Below, piece after piece: positions 23,812-38,096 of a stretch of DNA of 64,000 nucleotides. The translations under genes and the position numbers were made by a program. This DNA comes from Gnetum montanum (Eukaryota; Plantae; Gnetophyta): the NCBI GenBank assembly GCA_015680685.1, contig MNCI01003408.1, positions 1 to 64,000 on the forward strand, given 5' to 3'. Position 1 is the stretch's first letter; the number at the start of each line of letters is the position of its first letter. The notes under the pieces were generated by a model that worked only from the letters and a program-made list of their open reading frames with translations, was not told the DNA's origin and searched no databases.

Positions 23812-26800
23812 TGTGAGAAAAATAGTAGGGTTGATGGTGGCTTGCTACCTCTCCCATGGTTTGGGAGCTGTGGGGACACAAAGAGTGCTCTACTCCTTAT
23901 GTCTTCAAAACCATACTAGCATGATAGTTCCATATACTAGAAAGAGGGGGCTACGACCTTCCTCAATACCCCACTTGGTAGGACTTTGCCTGAGAAGATT
24001 ACATAGTTCAACTCTATGTTGGGGTTTAAGTCGAGTGTGAATAGGATGTGCTATGAAACGCTGCATGCATTTGTAACAGCATGACACCAACTACTAGCAT
24101 GTGGTGATGAATCTGGAGGGTTCAGCTAGTAGTCCTAGTGGTGTCCGCGTGAGTAGAGCAAGGAGGAGTTGTCTAGCTTTTGTTAGTGTTACATGTTTGA
24201 TGTTTATAAACACCACTTAGCTCACATGCTAACTTCAACAAGTTGTTTGTTGGCATGTGTTTTAGGATTGTTGATTGCTTAAGTGTACTCCTCTTAGTTT
24301 GGTCCCAAGTTTGAGCCTATTGAGGAACACTTCAGGTGCTAAACAATGTGTCAGGGACAACATTGTTATAGATGCTCTTGAAGCCTCACACTTATTGTCC
24401 ACTATAATTTGACTAATAAAAAGGTATAAAGGATTTTTGGTTTGCGAGGTTTCCATTTTTACACTCCTATTGTGGATGGCCTTGTGAAAAGGCCTTTTGG
24501 TAAGATGGAATTGGGTGGACCTAGTGGGACGATCGAGCACCAAGCCAACCTAGAGGTTGAGGCAGAACTTGGCCAAGATGAGGTCAGATTTTAGAACCTT
24601 TGGGAGTAGGTTAAGGTTGTAAATGAGGCCTTGGCTAGCCATGGCCTTGAGAGTGTGGATGTGGTTCACTATGTCCTTAAAGAAGTGGACTTTCCACGGG
24701 ACAAGATTGACCTTTGCTCAAAGGATTGGTTGAAATTAGTAGAGGCAAAGGTCACTATCTAGGAGGACCATCTAGATCATATGTAGGATCTCTATAACGA
24801 CCTCTTTGGTTCCTTCCAAGTGGCATAGTTAAAGGCATCTTTGGTTGATGACCTTATTGCATGGGTGAAAGTCTTGGAGGACAATTTGATTAAGGTGAAA
24901 GAAGAGGTTTCTAATTTGAAAATTGAGAATGTCTTTCTAAAGTCCTCATTGGCAAGACAACTAGTTGAATAGCTCATAGTAGTAGCTAGAATTAAAATAA
25001 GAGAATTGAGGTCCTATGATGGTGAGAGAAGTGATGTAAAGACTGACACCTTCTTCCATGATGTGGAGATGTATTTGTCTATTGGGGATGTTCCTATGGC
25101 CTAGAAGGTGTCCACTACATCTTAGTACCTAATTGGTAGTGCAAAGCTATGGTAGCTTTGATCAAACAGTTCCACCTAGGGAACTCAAAATGGGTTGTCA
25201 GGACCAAGCTTGAGTTATTGAAACACTTTGGCAAGCTTAAGGACTACATCAATGCCTTTCAAGAGCTTATGTTATTGATTCTTGACATGAGAGATTGGGA
25301 TTGTTTCTTCAAATTCATGAATGGGTTACAACTCTAGGTGTAAATGGAGCTACATTATCATGGTACTAACACTCTAACATAGGCCATTGTAGTAGTGGGC
25401 AGTTTTCTTGATTTGAAGATCACAAAGCTAGATAAGGGCAAACCTAAAAAGGAAAAGTAGGACACATCTTCCTAATAGTAGAAAATGGGTGTAGGTTCTA
25501 CAAAAGGGGGAAATGATTCTAAGACAAATCAGCAAGGAAGTCACCTTACAAGAGGCCCTCTGAGTAACCAAGGCTTCCAACAAAAGTGTAAGGATACTAG
25601 GAGCAAATGAAAACTTTGGGAAGTGATAATTCTCTGGAGGGTCCTTAAAGGGATCAATTCAATGCTATATGTGCCATGGAATCTTCTAGTGATAAATTAT
25701 CCTATGAGCTCAAGAAGTATTGAGAATAGACAAAGACATGCTCCAGGGAAGTAGTTGATGTCCCTAGAGTACCATCCAAATCCATGCCTACAAATTATAG
25801 ATGATAGCACCTTAAGGGAATAATGAAGATTGGTTGTTATGATGGAGCTATCCAATATAGTTACCCACAAGGTAGGAGCCTCAAGTTCCCATGATGTTGG
25901 CCCTAATAATTTACACCAGGTCTAATTTGACCCAATCATTGTGAGATCAAGATAAGTTAGTGCCTTGATTGACCATGGGACAAGTCACAATTATATGATT
26001 CCATCCATGTTAAGAAACTTACAAATAGTTGTGGATCTACTCTAAGCTTCCTATAAACTTGCAAAGTTTGAACCCCTTCGGTGTATTGGAATCAACAAAA
26101 ATGTTCTAGTCCAAGGAAGCTCTTGGCATAGAGCCCTTGCCTTCTTAATTTTGGACATGGATTCCTTCAAGGACATTTTGGGACAAGAGTTCCTACGCAA
26201 GGCAAAGGTTGTTACAACTCCACATTTAGACCTAATCTTCATATCTCATGAGAACTCTCTTTGCCTTATTCAAAATCATGGGGCATAGATAAGAAAGGAT
26301 GAGAAGTCTAATCCTCAAATTATCTCACCAATGGTTATGAAACACTTGGCCAAAGATCCCACATGTAGGTTCCTCTTGACCATGCAAACTAGCAACCCCA
26401 TGGAGGCTAGTGAGCCTTATTCAAGCTTCGATCTATGAATTACCTAGGTCCTAGATTACTTTCATGATGCCATGTCATGAATGCTACTCGAAAGCCCTCC
26501 TATTCAAAGACCTTATCATCTCACAAAGCTAGAGTTGGAGGAGTTGAAGAGATAGCTTGAAAGTTTGATTTCCAAAGGATATATTCATCCCTCGAAATCT
26601 TCTTATGGTGCATCAATATTGTTCATCACCAAGCAAAATGGCACTTTGCATCTCTACTACAACTACAAGAATAAGTACCTAGTGCCTTTGATTTCTGATT
26701 TATTTGATCAACTAACTTGACATGTTATTTTACCCTACTAGACCTTTGCCAATGATATTATCAAGTTTGGATTATAGAGGAAGATAAGGAGAAAACTACT

Positions 26801-29800
26801 TATGTGACCAGATATGGATCATTTGAATGAATAGCAATGCCCTTTGGGCTTTGTAATGCACTAGCCATCTTTTGTATGCTCATAAATGAGATACTCAACC
26901 CATTTCTTGCTAAATTGTAGTTGTCTACCTTGATAATATCTTGGTATATAGTCAAATATTGGAGGAGCATGTCCTTCACCTACAGATGATGCTTAACAAA
27001 GTACCATAGAATTAATTGTATGTGAAGAAAGAGAAGTAGGAGTTTTGTTGTAAAAAGTTGAGGTTTTTAGGTCACCTCATGGGGCATGGGCAAATTAAGC
27101 CCAACCCAAAGAAAGTTGAGGTTAGATGATAGTGGCTTACCCTCACTAATGTCCACAAGATTAGATAGTTTATGGGTTCAACTAGCTTTTGTTGTAGATT
27201 TATCATAAACTTCTCAAGCATTGCTACTCTTATAAGTTTATAGAAGAAAGAAGTCCCATGGCATTGGGACCCAGACTATCAATAGGCCTTTGACAAAATT
27301 AAAGAAGCTTTAACCTCTCATCCTATGCTAGTCTTGCTAGAATTATCAAAATCCTTCAAGGTTGATACAAATGCTAGTGAGGATGTGATCAGTGGGGTGT
27401 TGCTATAGGAGGGTCACACAATTGCCTATGAATCACATAAGCTAAATTAGGTAGAGTGGAGATGACTTGTTTATGAGAAAGAAATATTTTCTATTTTTTA
27501 TTTCTTGAGATCATGGAAGCATTACTTGCTAGAAAGTCATGTCCTTGTGAAGACAAATAATTTAACTACTAACTATCTTCTCAATTAAATGAATTTTTAG
27601 CCTAAGTTGACATGATGGTTGATCCTACTATTTGAATTTGACTTGCAATTAGTCTACTAACCTAAAAAGGAGAATGTTGTGGTAGATGGGTTAAGTTGCT
27701 ATCCTCAACCCACCTGCCAACTCTTTTCTATTAGTGGGTCACAAACCTCACATATTCAATGTGATGAGGTATTGTTAGCCAAAATTCAAGATGGGTTGAA
27801 AAGAGATTCATAAGTCATCAACTTGTTGAAGTTAATAGAGGTAGGATGAACACCTCATTTTAAGATGAGGGATGGACTACTATGGTTCTAGAAAATTCAA
27901 ATTTGTGTTCCAAATTGGAATGACCTTCACAAGGAGATTATTCAAAAGCATCATGACATATCATGAACTAGGCACCCTAGTTAGCAGAGAACTCTGGCAC
28001 TAATTGAGAGAACCTTCTTTTGGCTGAAAATGTACCGATATGTAATTACCTATGTTTAGAAGTGTCTCATGTGCCAACAAGACAAAGGATATACTAAGCA
28101 TCCTAGTGGACTTCTCCTCCCTTTTGAAATCCCACCATATTAATGGATTATGGTGACCATGAACTTTATTACATGCCTATTAAGTATGCAAGGCCTAAAA
28201 AAAATCATTGTAGGGGTGGATAAATTCTCTAAGTTCATCATATTCTCATCATGTCTAGCCTAATGTTTAGTAGAAGACACCATTACATATTTCTTTGATA
28301 GGATTGTTAGATATTTTGGGCTACCAATGAACATAGTATTAGATTGCGACCCTAAGTTTACAAGAGCCTTTTGATGTACCTTATTTGGCATGATGGGAAT
28401 CATCCTCAAGCTATCTACTAGTTTTCATTTGTAAAAAAATGGATAGACAAAGCATATGAATCATGTACTTGAGAAGTACCTTTAACATTATGTCTCCAAT
28501 GACTAAAAAAAACTGGCTTGTTCTATTAGGAATCACCCAGCTAAGTTATTCTATTTAGAAATCCTCAATTATGGGGTCTTATCTATTGGTAATGGGAAGG
28601 CAATCCATTACCCCACATATGGTTTCTTCCCCCTTGTAGGATTAGCACCCTTTAGCTGATGATTTTTTTAGAGTATGATTAGAAAATGTTGGGACTACAA
28701 GGGATTATTTGAAGAGGATTGTGTGACACATGAAAAAGTACACAAATCATAAGAAACAATCTTATGAATTTGAGGTTGAAGAGTGAATCCTTCTGAAATT
28801 AGAACCTCATTAGTTTAAACCAAAATAGGGAACTGCATCCAAACTGATACAGTAGTATGATTGTCCCTTTCAAATCATTGATAAGGTTAACCTTGTGACT
28901 TATAAGCTTTAGCTACCTATCAATACTAATTGGTTCTATCTAGTCTTTCATGTTAACATGCTGAAGCCCTTGCCCAATGTGTCTCCTTATTTGGAAAGAA
29001 AACTCTTAATCTAAGAGTGGCCTTGTATTCAATCAATACAAGGTAAGAAAGTTGATTGCATCAAAAACTTTAGGACCACTAGGCATGGTCTTGAAATAAA
29101 AGATGAATTTTTTCTTCACTAAAGACATTGTCTAGACTTAGATAATAGTTGGGAGCCAATGGTTCATTTGAAGTCCTAGAAACACTCAATCTTGGACTTC
29201 TATCGAGAGCAAGCAATCAATCTCCCACTATGGCTATTCTAGTGATGGATAGGAGACCCTTCCCTATATAATTAAAAAAGAAAAGTTCTAGTAAATGAGG
29301 ATTGGTTAAGCTAGAAGAGGCATGACACATTGTACCTCTTAGGACCTAATGAATGTGTTCATGGGGAAGCACATCTCAAGTGGGAAGATGCTTGGAGTCA
29401 TTTGAAGAACTCTATAGGAGATGGAGCTGAAGTTTCGCATAGGTATGGGACTATGATAATCTTGAGATCTATAGACCTTTAGAGAAAATGAGTCAAGGGA
29501 TGCCTTAGACTTGTAATTCCTTAGGTTAGTGCTATGTCATATCACTATAATAGAATTCTTATGAACCTTTCTATAAGTTCTACATATTAGGAAAAGTATG
29601 GAAGGGTGGACATACCAAGTCTTGAATGATACTATTCTTGACTTGGGTGTCGAATGCTATGCAGAATCTAGATTTTGGGAGGATGGTCGAGTTCAACATT
29701 GAGCTTTTAGATCAAAGACCCTAGCAATTAAACCTTATAGAACCTAAGGTTATTTGAATTTGATTCTAAGTAGCATGACTTACTTCCATAGAATTGATGG

Positions 29801-30428
29801 AATCCTCATTCGATTTTGGTGTAGCAGCCTCGTGGGTTACCTAGGCTATGCTTCAAGGTTATTGCTTATTTTAAGTGGGGTAGGATTGTGAGAGATGTTG
29901 TAGGATTGATGACGGCTTTCTATCTTCCCCATGGTTTTGCAGTCATGAGGACGTAAGGAGTCCTCTGCTTCTTGTGTCTTTGGAACAATATTAGCATGGT
30001 AGTTCCCATTCACTAGAAAGAGGGGACTACAACCTTCCTTAGTATCCCACTAGATAGGACTTTTCTTGAGAGAGTTGCATAGTTCAACTTGACATTGGAG
30101 CTTAATCCAGGTATGTCATGGGATGTGCTATGGGACATTGCATACACTCATAAGAGTGTGATGATGAATTTGAAGGGTTTAACTAGTATTCTTCATGGTA
30201 TCCACATGAGTGGAGCAAAGGAGAGCTATCTAGCTTTTATTAGTGTTATGTGTTTGATGTTTATAAACAGCACTCACGTCACATGCTAGCTCTAACAAGT
30301 TGTTTTGTGGCATGTGTTTCAGTTTTATTGATTATTGAGGCATATTTTTCTTGAGTTCTTTCCCAAGTCTAAGCCTATTGAGAAACTCTTGGGGTGCCAA
30401 ACAACATGTTAGGGATAACATTGTTACA
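23812..30428 (+). mobile_element. Old chromovirus Ty3/gypsy element, Galadriel-like
   Basis: Diverged LTRs 23812-24370 and 29887-30428; TSD TAGAT at 23807-23811 and 30429-30433; PPT AAGTGGGGTAGGAT; relics of gag, PR (ALIDHGTSHNY), RT (IHPSKSSYGASILF, MPFGLCNA, VYLDNILVY), RH (DTNASE), INT and a chromodomain. Confidence 0.92.
29040..29210 (+). pseudogene. Chromodomain relic at the integrase C-terminus
   Basis: KKVDCIKNFRTTRHG..DEFFLH*RHCLDLDNSWEPMVHL matches the chromodomain pattern EYLVxW...xSWEP. Confidence 0.7.
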
Positions 30429-31406
30429 TAGATTGTGTAGGGTACTATGGTAGGAAAGCACTACTCAGCATTATTTAATAGTCTCAATGTAGTTAAATGT
30501 TATAGAGTGGACTCAATATGGACTATGCCTCAACATCCTTAAGAGCCTACAATACATTAGTTCATGGTTATAAGCATTATAGGGATGCTTTTTATAATCA
30601 TCTAAGTGATTGAACCAATGTAATATAAACAAGGTAAGAGAGCTAAGATGCGATCCTACTCTATCATATCTAGCCCTAAGTCTAGCTCTGAAGAGAAGGG
30701 TGGTGACTTGAGCATTAGAACCAAAACATTGCAAGCCTATATATCCTTGTGACATAGTACACAAAGGAATTAGAACCATGTAGTTTTTTTGGTGATGGTT
30801 AAGATAGCATGGACCCTATGAGGATCTTCACACTTCTTCTAGCCTCATTATAGAAGAAAAATGACCTTTAATCTACCAATAAGACATGTTTTCCTATAGA
30901 TGATGCTAAGAATTTTATCATCCAATAAAAGTAGGTAGCAATCCTATATGTTTTAAGAAGCTTAAATCTACTACTATGAGGAGACTCACAAGCTTAGATC
31001 TCAGGCCATAGCTAATTTGTTTGATCATATAATTTTCATTTAAACTTCTCCAGCAAGCTGACATTGTTTTAAATAAATCACACTCAATATCTTATATATA
31101 TATTTAAATAGAAAAAAAGAAAAATGAGTTTTACAAAACCAAGGATGTGTTGTGCAGTCATATGTTATATCATTGAATTGATGTTTAGTAAAAGTAATAA
31201 ATGATTTACCTATTAAGACATCCAATCTAAATCATTCTTCCAACCCATGGATACCTTATAGAGAGTTCTAACATTCAACAAATGAGCTTGTACAAGTAGC
31301 TTATTGTGACATTTGTCAAAGCTCATCTCATTATTGATTGGTTGAGTATGCTGGTTATAATTGGAAGCTAGTTTATACATTTCTTTAAATTTTTAAATTT
31401 TAAAAC

Positions 31407-31586
31407 AACTTGTAAAATAATGATTACTTTATTATAATTGACCTTACATGAGCTATCCATATGCTAAAAGAGCATAGGATTTTAAAATGACTACTTCAAC
31501 TTACAAAATTATGATTACTTTAGTAAATTTGAGCACACATGAGCTATCATATGCTGAAAAAGCATAGGATTTTGAAATAACTACTT
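31407..31586. repeat. Diverged ~90-bp tandem duplication
   Basis: CAACTT..AAAAT.ATGATTACTTTA...ACATGAGCTATC..ATATGCT..AAA.AGCATAGGATTTT occurs twice. Confidence 0.85.
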
Positions 31587-31929
31587 TGTAGAAGGCAACC
31601 AAGTATAGAATTCAATTCATGTATAAAAATCATTTGATAAAACTAAAATTTTATTACATCTATAAATCCTTTGGATTTATTGAACAATAAAAATATATCT
31701 ACTATAAGTTTTGGAAACATCATTAAATAAATTACAAAGCATTATTGATAACATTTAGAAAAAATTAGCCAAATTTGATACTATAATATCCCACCTATGT
31801 TCAATGTGCTCAACATGTAAGATATTGTAAGAAAATATGTTGTTCAACTTCAATGCTATTTGTATTGCATAGTTAGCATATTCACTTTTCACAAGGAATT
31901 TTGAGCTATCTACTTATTTCAAGTCTTAT

Positions 31930-32097
31930 GGACCATTATTTATAGTGATGGTAAGGTATTTTTTTTGTTAGGTCAAAAACCTAGGTTTGAGCTTGGGCAT
32001 AGCCACTTAAAGAGGTTAGGCTTTTGCCCATCTATTGACCCTTTTAGGACCCCACTTAGTGAGAGGAGCACAATGGCTCTAAGTGATGATCCTTTTT
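31930..32097 (+). mobile_element. Possible degenerate tRNA-derived SINE, Au-like
   Basis: A-box-like ..GATGGTAAGG and B-box-like GGTTTGAGCT (31984), then AGCCACTT, GGTTAGGCT, GACCCTTTTAGGACCCC and a CCTTTTT end. The order and ~170 bp length recall Au SINEs. No TSD found. Confidence 0.4.
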
Positions 32098-33599
32098 ACT
32101 TGTTTTAAATCTTACATGAAGAGATATAATTTATGCTTTGCTAATTGTATATCATAAATAATGAGGAATGACAGCACATAAATAGTTTGTAGTTGAATTA
32201 AAACCTTTCATAATATTGTTCCCTCTCTATTTTCCTAAAGTTTTTGAAATATTTCTCACTACACGAAATTTTCTTTCCTGATTCATTCCTTGCTTTATTA
32301 CTTAATCTTAAAAAAATTGGAATCTTTTCAAAATACATTTTAATAAAGATTACATTTTTAGAAAAAAAAAATTCTTTCAAGAAGAAAGAGAGCTTACAAT
32401 AGTAGAAGGTTCAAATGACTATAATGTACAATAGTGAAATTATAAATATAATGGATTTTTGGCTAAGAGCCAAAGGCTTAAGGCCTACACTTTGAATTTT
32501 GGTTAGAGGTTATGGATTCAAATCATGTAAAAATTAAAATAGAGCTTAAAAATTATGCCATGTACTACTACTAGCACCAACACAAATTAGAAATGGTGCT
32601 ACGTTTCAATAATAACACCCATGTTTCAACTAATGCCTCTAGCTTGGATAGCATATCTTGTATCTAACCAAAAATGATCCATTTTATAATGTATCTAACA
32701 TGAATTGATATTTCTTTCTTCACTCGTAATTTTCTACAAATGATAAAATAAAAATGGCAGTTTTCTTAGGTATTGAGTCACCCATAAATTAGAATTATAT
32801 AGAAGAACCTACATTAGAGTATAAAGACTTGATAAGAAACTTTGCTTTTAATAATAAAGCTAGAAGAGCTATTTTTAAATAATAAAAGTGTAATGTGTTT
32901 TTTAATAATAAAATTTTATTTTTTACATTTTGCATATTATATTTAAAATTTTAAAAATTAACATTAGTAAATGATGTATTAAAAGACCTCACTTAGGGCC
33001 TATCGCTCTAGGCCTCTCAAGTGTTTGAAATGACCTAAAATAATTTCTTTGATTTTTGTTGTATTATAAGTGACCTAAAATATAAATGATAAATGTTATG
33101 TTTTTAAACCTTGGAACATATTTTTTAAAATTCACAAATATTTTAATTAGATTAAATTATCTATAGTTGTTTTTAATAATGTTAAGCTTGAGAAGTGGTG
33201 TTAAAATGTGGTATGCTTATGCAAGATAAACATTGATAAAATTGAGTACATTATATTTAACATGAATAGTTATGATACCATCACCATATGCAATGTATGA
33301 ACTATCATGATAGTATCAATGTATATAATGATATCACCAAAGTTATAGACTATGCAAATTATGACACATAATGAAAACACATAACATGATAAATATCTAT
33401 GATACACAAGGAATCTTCTCAATGAACAAGAAAGTATGTTCATTAACTATAATATCTATGATTATATATATTACAAATTATTTTACTACAAAATTATATA
33501 AAAACATTTGGCTTTGTAACAATCCATGATTAAATTGTTTACTGAATATAAAGTTTGTAAAGTCACAATATGAATTTGGTTGTTTTGTATATCATCGAA

Positions 33600-33850
33600 T
33601 CATGTAGCCTCTAACTTACTAAAATTTTAACATTCACATTATTATAAAGAAATGTTTCAAAATATCACTTCCTATCATGTTGAGATTCTCAAAGTTCATT
33701 TTACCACTAGCTTAACTTCCATGTTTTCATTTCCACCTTGATAGTCTAAGAAAAGAGCATCCCAACATTATTTTGCATTTCCTTTGGTGATGATCCTTGC
33801 TTCAATGGATTTAATAATACAATTGAAAATAATCATCTTTTCTAATGCAT
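33600..33850 (-). pseudogene. Highly decayed copia gag fragment
   Basis: The minus strand reads roughly IEARIITKGNAK*CWDALFLDYQGGNENMEVKL..NFENLNM, resembling copia gag AKEAWDxL..YQG..VKLQ..FENLxM. Confidence 0.45.
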
Positions 33851-36389
33851 TATTACATTTATCATCATCATATTTCTTGCATTCAACTTTAGTAAGAATA
33901 GAGGAATATGAATTACTTCCATGCAATCATTAATCTCAAATAATGTTTTTCTTAAGATGAATCAATAGCTAGAATCCTTGTCACCATAAAATATCATGTT
34001 ACAATTTCGAATCTATTTTGACATATTAAACCTTTAACTAAAATTGCTTGATATTTTATTTGTAGTCTAATAATTCCTTGCTTCTCTTGACTTGAACACT
34101 ACTTCAATATTAAGTGCTAGTAAATTTAAGTCCACCTACTTGTAGACCTCATAACTCTATTACCATAAATCATATAGTAATAAAATTTGAGATGATAGTA
34201 AATCTAGATAGTATCTATCATCTAACATAATAATCAATGATAAAAACAAGAAAAAAATAGAGTTATGGGTGAAAAATCAGAGATGTCTCTATTTTGCAAT
34301 AGAAATTGATAGCACCGATTCATAAGATTATATCTTAGATACTATAGTAGATATCAATCTGAAAGTTTACATATTTATAGCTAATTATGTCATCTTTCAA
34401 ATTCAGCTAAAATAAATGAAAAGAAATTAGTAATGATAGAGATATGATTGACTTACAAAGCACCACTCATTTTGATTTTGTTTCTAAATAGTCCTAAAAA
34501 ATCAAATTGAAACTTGCTTTTCCAAGAAAATTTTCAACAATTTGTTCAACTATAGTGAAAGAAAATATATTTCTCAAAATTGATTACATGAATTCTAGTT
34601 TCATATACTTTGAATGATATCTTCAAATTACAAACGTTGTCCAAAATAGAGAATCATAATTTTGGTTAAACACTTTGCATGAAAAGTAGAAAACCTTGTA
34701 CACATGGAAATTCTTCAAATTTATTAAATAAAATTGCTTAGAAGTGATCACAAGAGAACTTAAATCATATAATAAATGAGTTAAGCTTCAAATCATAACA
34801 CAAAAATTGATATTAATACTAGAATCTTGATATATGTAGTAAAACTTAGGGAATGAGAGAGATGATATCAAAATGAAATCATGAACTAAAATATAGTGAA
34901 ATGAAACTAAGAAATTAATATGAAAATAAGAAGAATCTCTCACATGCTTTCCCCTTCTCTTATATTTCTTCTTATGGAACTCATTCATCTCATTCCAATT
35001 TATAGTTTTAGAGTTAACCCGTTAACTCATATGTAATTATATTTAAGTAAGCTTAATCCTTAAGTTTGGTTAGGATTAGGCTAATTTGGCTGAAAATTAG
35101 AGGCTAATAGGGATGACTTTGTTAATGAGAGGGATACATATAGGGCCCAATGGTAAAACATAAAACATGTAGCTTTTGATTCTTAATTTTTTATATACAT
35201 GCATAATTTTCCCAAAATAGAGATATAATATCTTATTTAGAAAAATAACATGATATCGTATTTTTTCCTTATAGGTTACATAAAAAACAAGTTTTACTTA
35301 AATATAAAATGAAATGTAGAAAATCGGAACACACTAGGCTATTAATGTTGTCATTGATATGTTTTAATGCAAGTGTGTATCTTTTCCTCCATGTGCAGTG
35401 GTCGTTTGTTCCATGACCCTTATTCTTCTACTCAAGTACAAGGTGTTTTGCATTTTTTTTCCTACTTAGTCACATTAGACTAACATTCTCTCTCATTTTC
35501 CATGTTTAGAATTTAGAAAATATTTCCAAAACATAAGGATGTGCTTCCTAGAATAGATTAGTATAGTGAATTCTAGGCTAATCTTTTATTTTGCTAAGTT
35601 GTAATTCTTATTAAAGTTGTATATGTGGTTGGAGTTGTTTCATGTAACTAGTGACTTGTAACTTGTACTTTCACACTTTAGTTGGTACCTTGGTATTTGA
35701 ATAGCATCTTTGGTTGGTGCAAGTTGTGATTACTTCTTGTTATTTGCATTTAGTTTACATATGGATTTAACAAATAGTTTGGATGAAATGTTTATTAAGT
35801 CTTGACATTATTTTAGATGCTTCTAAGATTTGATACAATTATTTAGAAAGTTATATGTAAATGATAATGTTTTTAGATGGTCTCTACTCTATGTTATCAA
35901 TTCTTTTCATGGATACCAGAAATCATTTTTATTGTTTTACTAATGAACAAGGTAGGTTTGTCATTTTAAATATATGGCTAATAGAATGTTATTTTCTCTT
36001 GTCTATATTTTATCGTCTTGAATTTTAGATGTTTTAAAAGATGCCCACTACTTTTCTTATCTTTAAGTTTGGTATCCTTACAAATTTATTAAGCACTAAT
36101 TTATTTTCTTATATTTTAATCCCTTTCCTTTAGATAATGCCCTAGTAGTCTTGGATTAGACTGGTATAATGTTATAATGTGTTTATAATAAAAATCTATA
36201 TCTGTTTCTCTTTATGGAAGTGAAGATTCATTTTCTCATGTTTTTTTCTTGAGTGTCCTATTGCATAGCAAACTTGGAAATGGACATCCAAAATTTTATA
36301 GGTTTTTAACATCAATATATCCTAACTAAAAGTTCATAGGTCATACATACATTTTACTTAATCTATGATTTTAATAAAGGGAGAATCTT

Positions 36390-38096
36390 TAAGATATTCA
36401 TTCTAGACTACAAAGCATTTTGCAGGGAATTCACATAATCAAATCTCATCAAAATTTGAGCTTGCAATCTCAATTTATTATAGTTTTTTACATTCATGAC
36501 ACCTTGTGGTATTGTAAGATAATTGACCATGAGTCCATCACAACTCATGGTATTCTAGAATTCACTTCTTCTTTGGAACACAATCCATGGTCATATTTTG
36601 GTATTAACCATGTCTCATGGTCAACTAGTAATGATAACCGTGAATTGTGATTAACTAGTAATGGTAACCCACGATTCATGGAAGCTTCAAATTTAAGTTT
36701 GAAAGAAAACGATGCTTTCTTATTAGTCTCAACAATGGTATCATAGCTTGGTCACCATGATTTGCAATGAAAAAATAGTAAAATGCCCCATCATATTCAA
36801 TAGGACCCAAGACTTTATTCTTTGGAATGAAATAATGACAAAACTCCGAAGTTAAATGAAGCATGGGAGGTGATAGAAACTATAGAAGCTCATATTAGCA
36901 TTACTTCAAAGGGAAGGTAAAGTAAACCCTCTAATTCAAAAACTCATAGAAGAAGAAAAGTGGAAGAGAAGATTCACTTGCAAGAATTATCATTATTTTT
37001 AATGTATAAGAGAAAATAGCAGGAAGATAATAATCTCTAATAATAACCAAAGATGTATGGAAAAGATTATGCTCAAACTATCATAGCAATACTGAAAACC
37101 AGCACACAAAATAACTATTGTATAAAATCCAATTTGACAACTTAGAAATGAAAGAAGATGAAGACATGGAAGACTTTTTTGCAAGAATGTATACCAACAT
37201 AAAAAATGTTGATGAATTTTGATGTGATTTCACTTAACATTAGAAGGCATAAAAGGTAGTAGTTGTTCATTACAATGATCCTAGATATCAAAATATGATG
37301 ATGAATTTTCTTCAAAATAGGAATTCAAATAATTAATAGTTGATTTAGTGACCTAAATCATAATACTAGAAAATTTAAGAATAGAAAAAAATGTTAAAGA
37401 ACAAGTCTTCATAGATAGTAGAGGAAGAGGAAGATTCAATAGAAATTATACTTGAGAGAAATAATTAAGATAAACAAGAGATCTTACAAAGAAACAATAG
37501 AGGTAGAAGTTTCATGAGAGGAAGATAGAATTCTCAAAGACAAAGAAATGTACAAACATAATATATCATTCATTCATGCACACTTTGTAAGAGAAAAACA
37601 TCAAACCATAGAAGCATGTTGGTATAACATTGGACTTGATGCTCTACATCTCCAAGGTAAGAAACAAGAAGAAGCAACAATCTCAAGCTCAAACCAAGAA
37701 GAAAACCAATGTAAGCTCAAAGCCCTTAATTTTAGAAATCTTATTAACCAAAATTCTTGGATCATTGACTATGGTTGCTCTAATCACACAACTTCTCATA
37801 AGTCTCATCTTCTTCAATACAAACGAAGAAAAATTTTTAGCATAAAAATAAGAAATGGTAACTACCTCAATATAGAGGAAGTTGGAAATTACATTGTTAA
37901 ATTACCCAACGAGAAAGTCATAGTTATCATTAATGTCTTCTATATACCATAACTCTCTAATCCTCTTATCATAGTAAGTAAAAATGGCTAAGAAAGAAAT
38001 AAAAATCAGCTTAAAATCGCTCATGCATTGCTAAGAAGAAAAATAAAGCAGAAATTCTCAAAATAAAAGACTACAACAATAAAATCTATTGTATGG
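36390..38096 (+). mobile_element. Truncated, decayed Ty1/copia remnant (LTR-like segment, Met PBS, gag, protease)
   Basis: CA followed by the PBS TGGTATCATAGC at about 36736; protease motif SWIIDYGCSNHTT and NVFYIP in ORF 37548-37952; cut at 38096 by the LTR of element C. The left boundary is approximate. Confidence 0.7.

Noticed and set aside
32455-32530. tRNA-like A/B boxes (TGGCTAAGAG...GGATTCAAATC)
   Set aside because: No cloverleaf, tail or TSD; may be chance or an unrecognisable SINE head.
34440-35200. Faint resemblance to a Helitron RPA C-terminal fragment (YFSCKV...IVENFLGKAS) on the minus strand
   Set aside because: Too degenerate, and no hairpin-CTAG end or Rep/Hel motif was located; it needs an HMM search.
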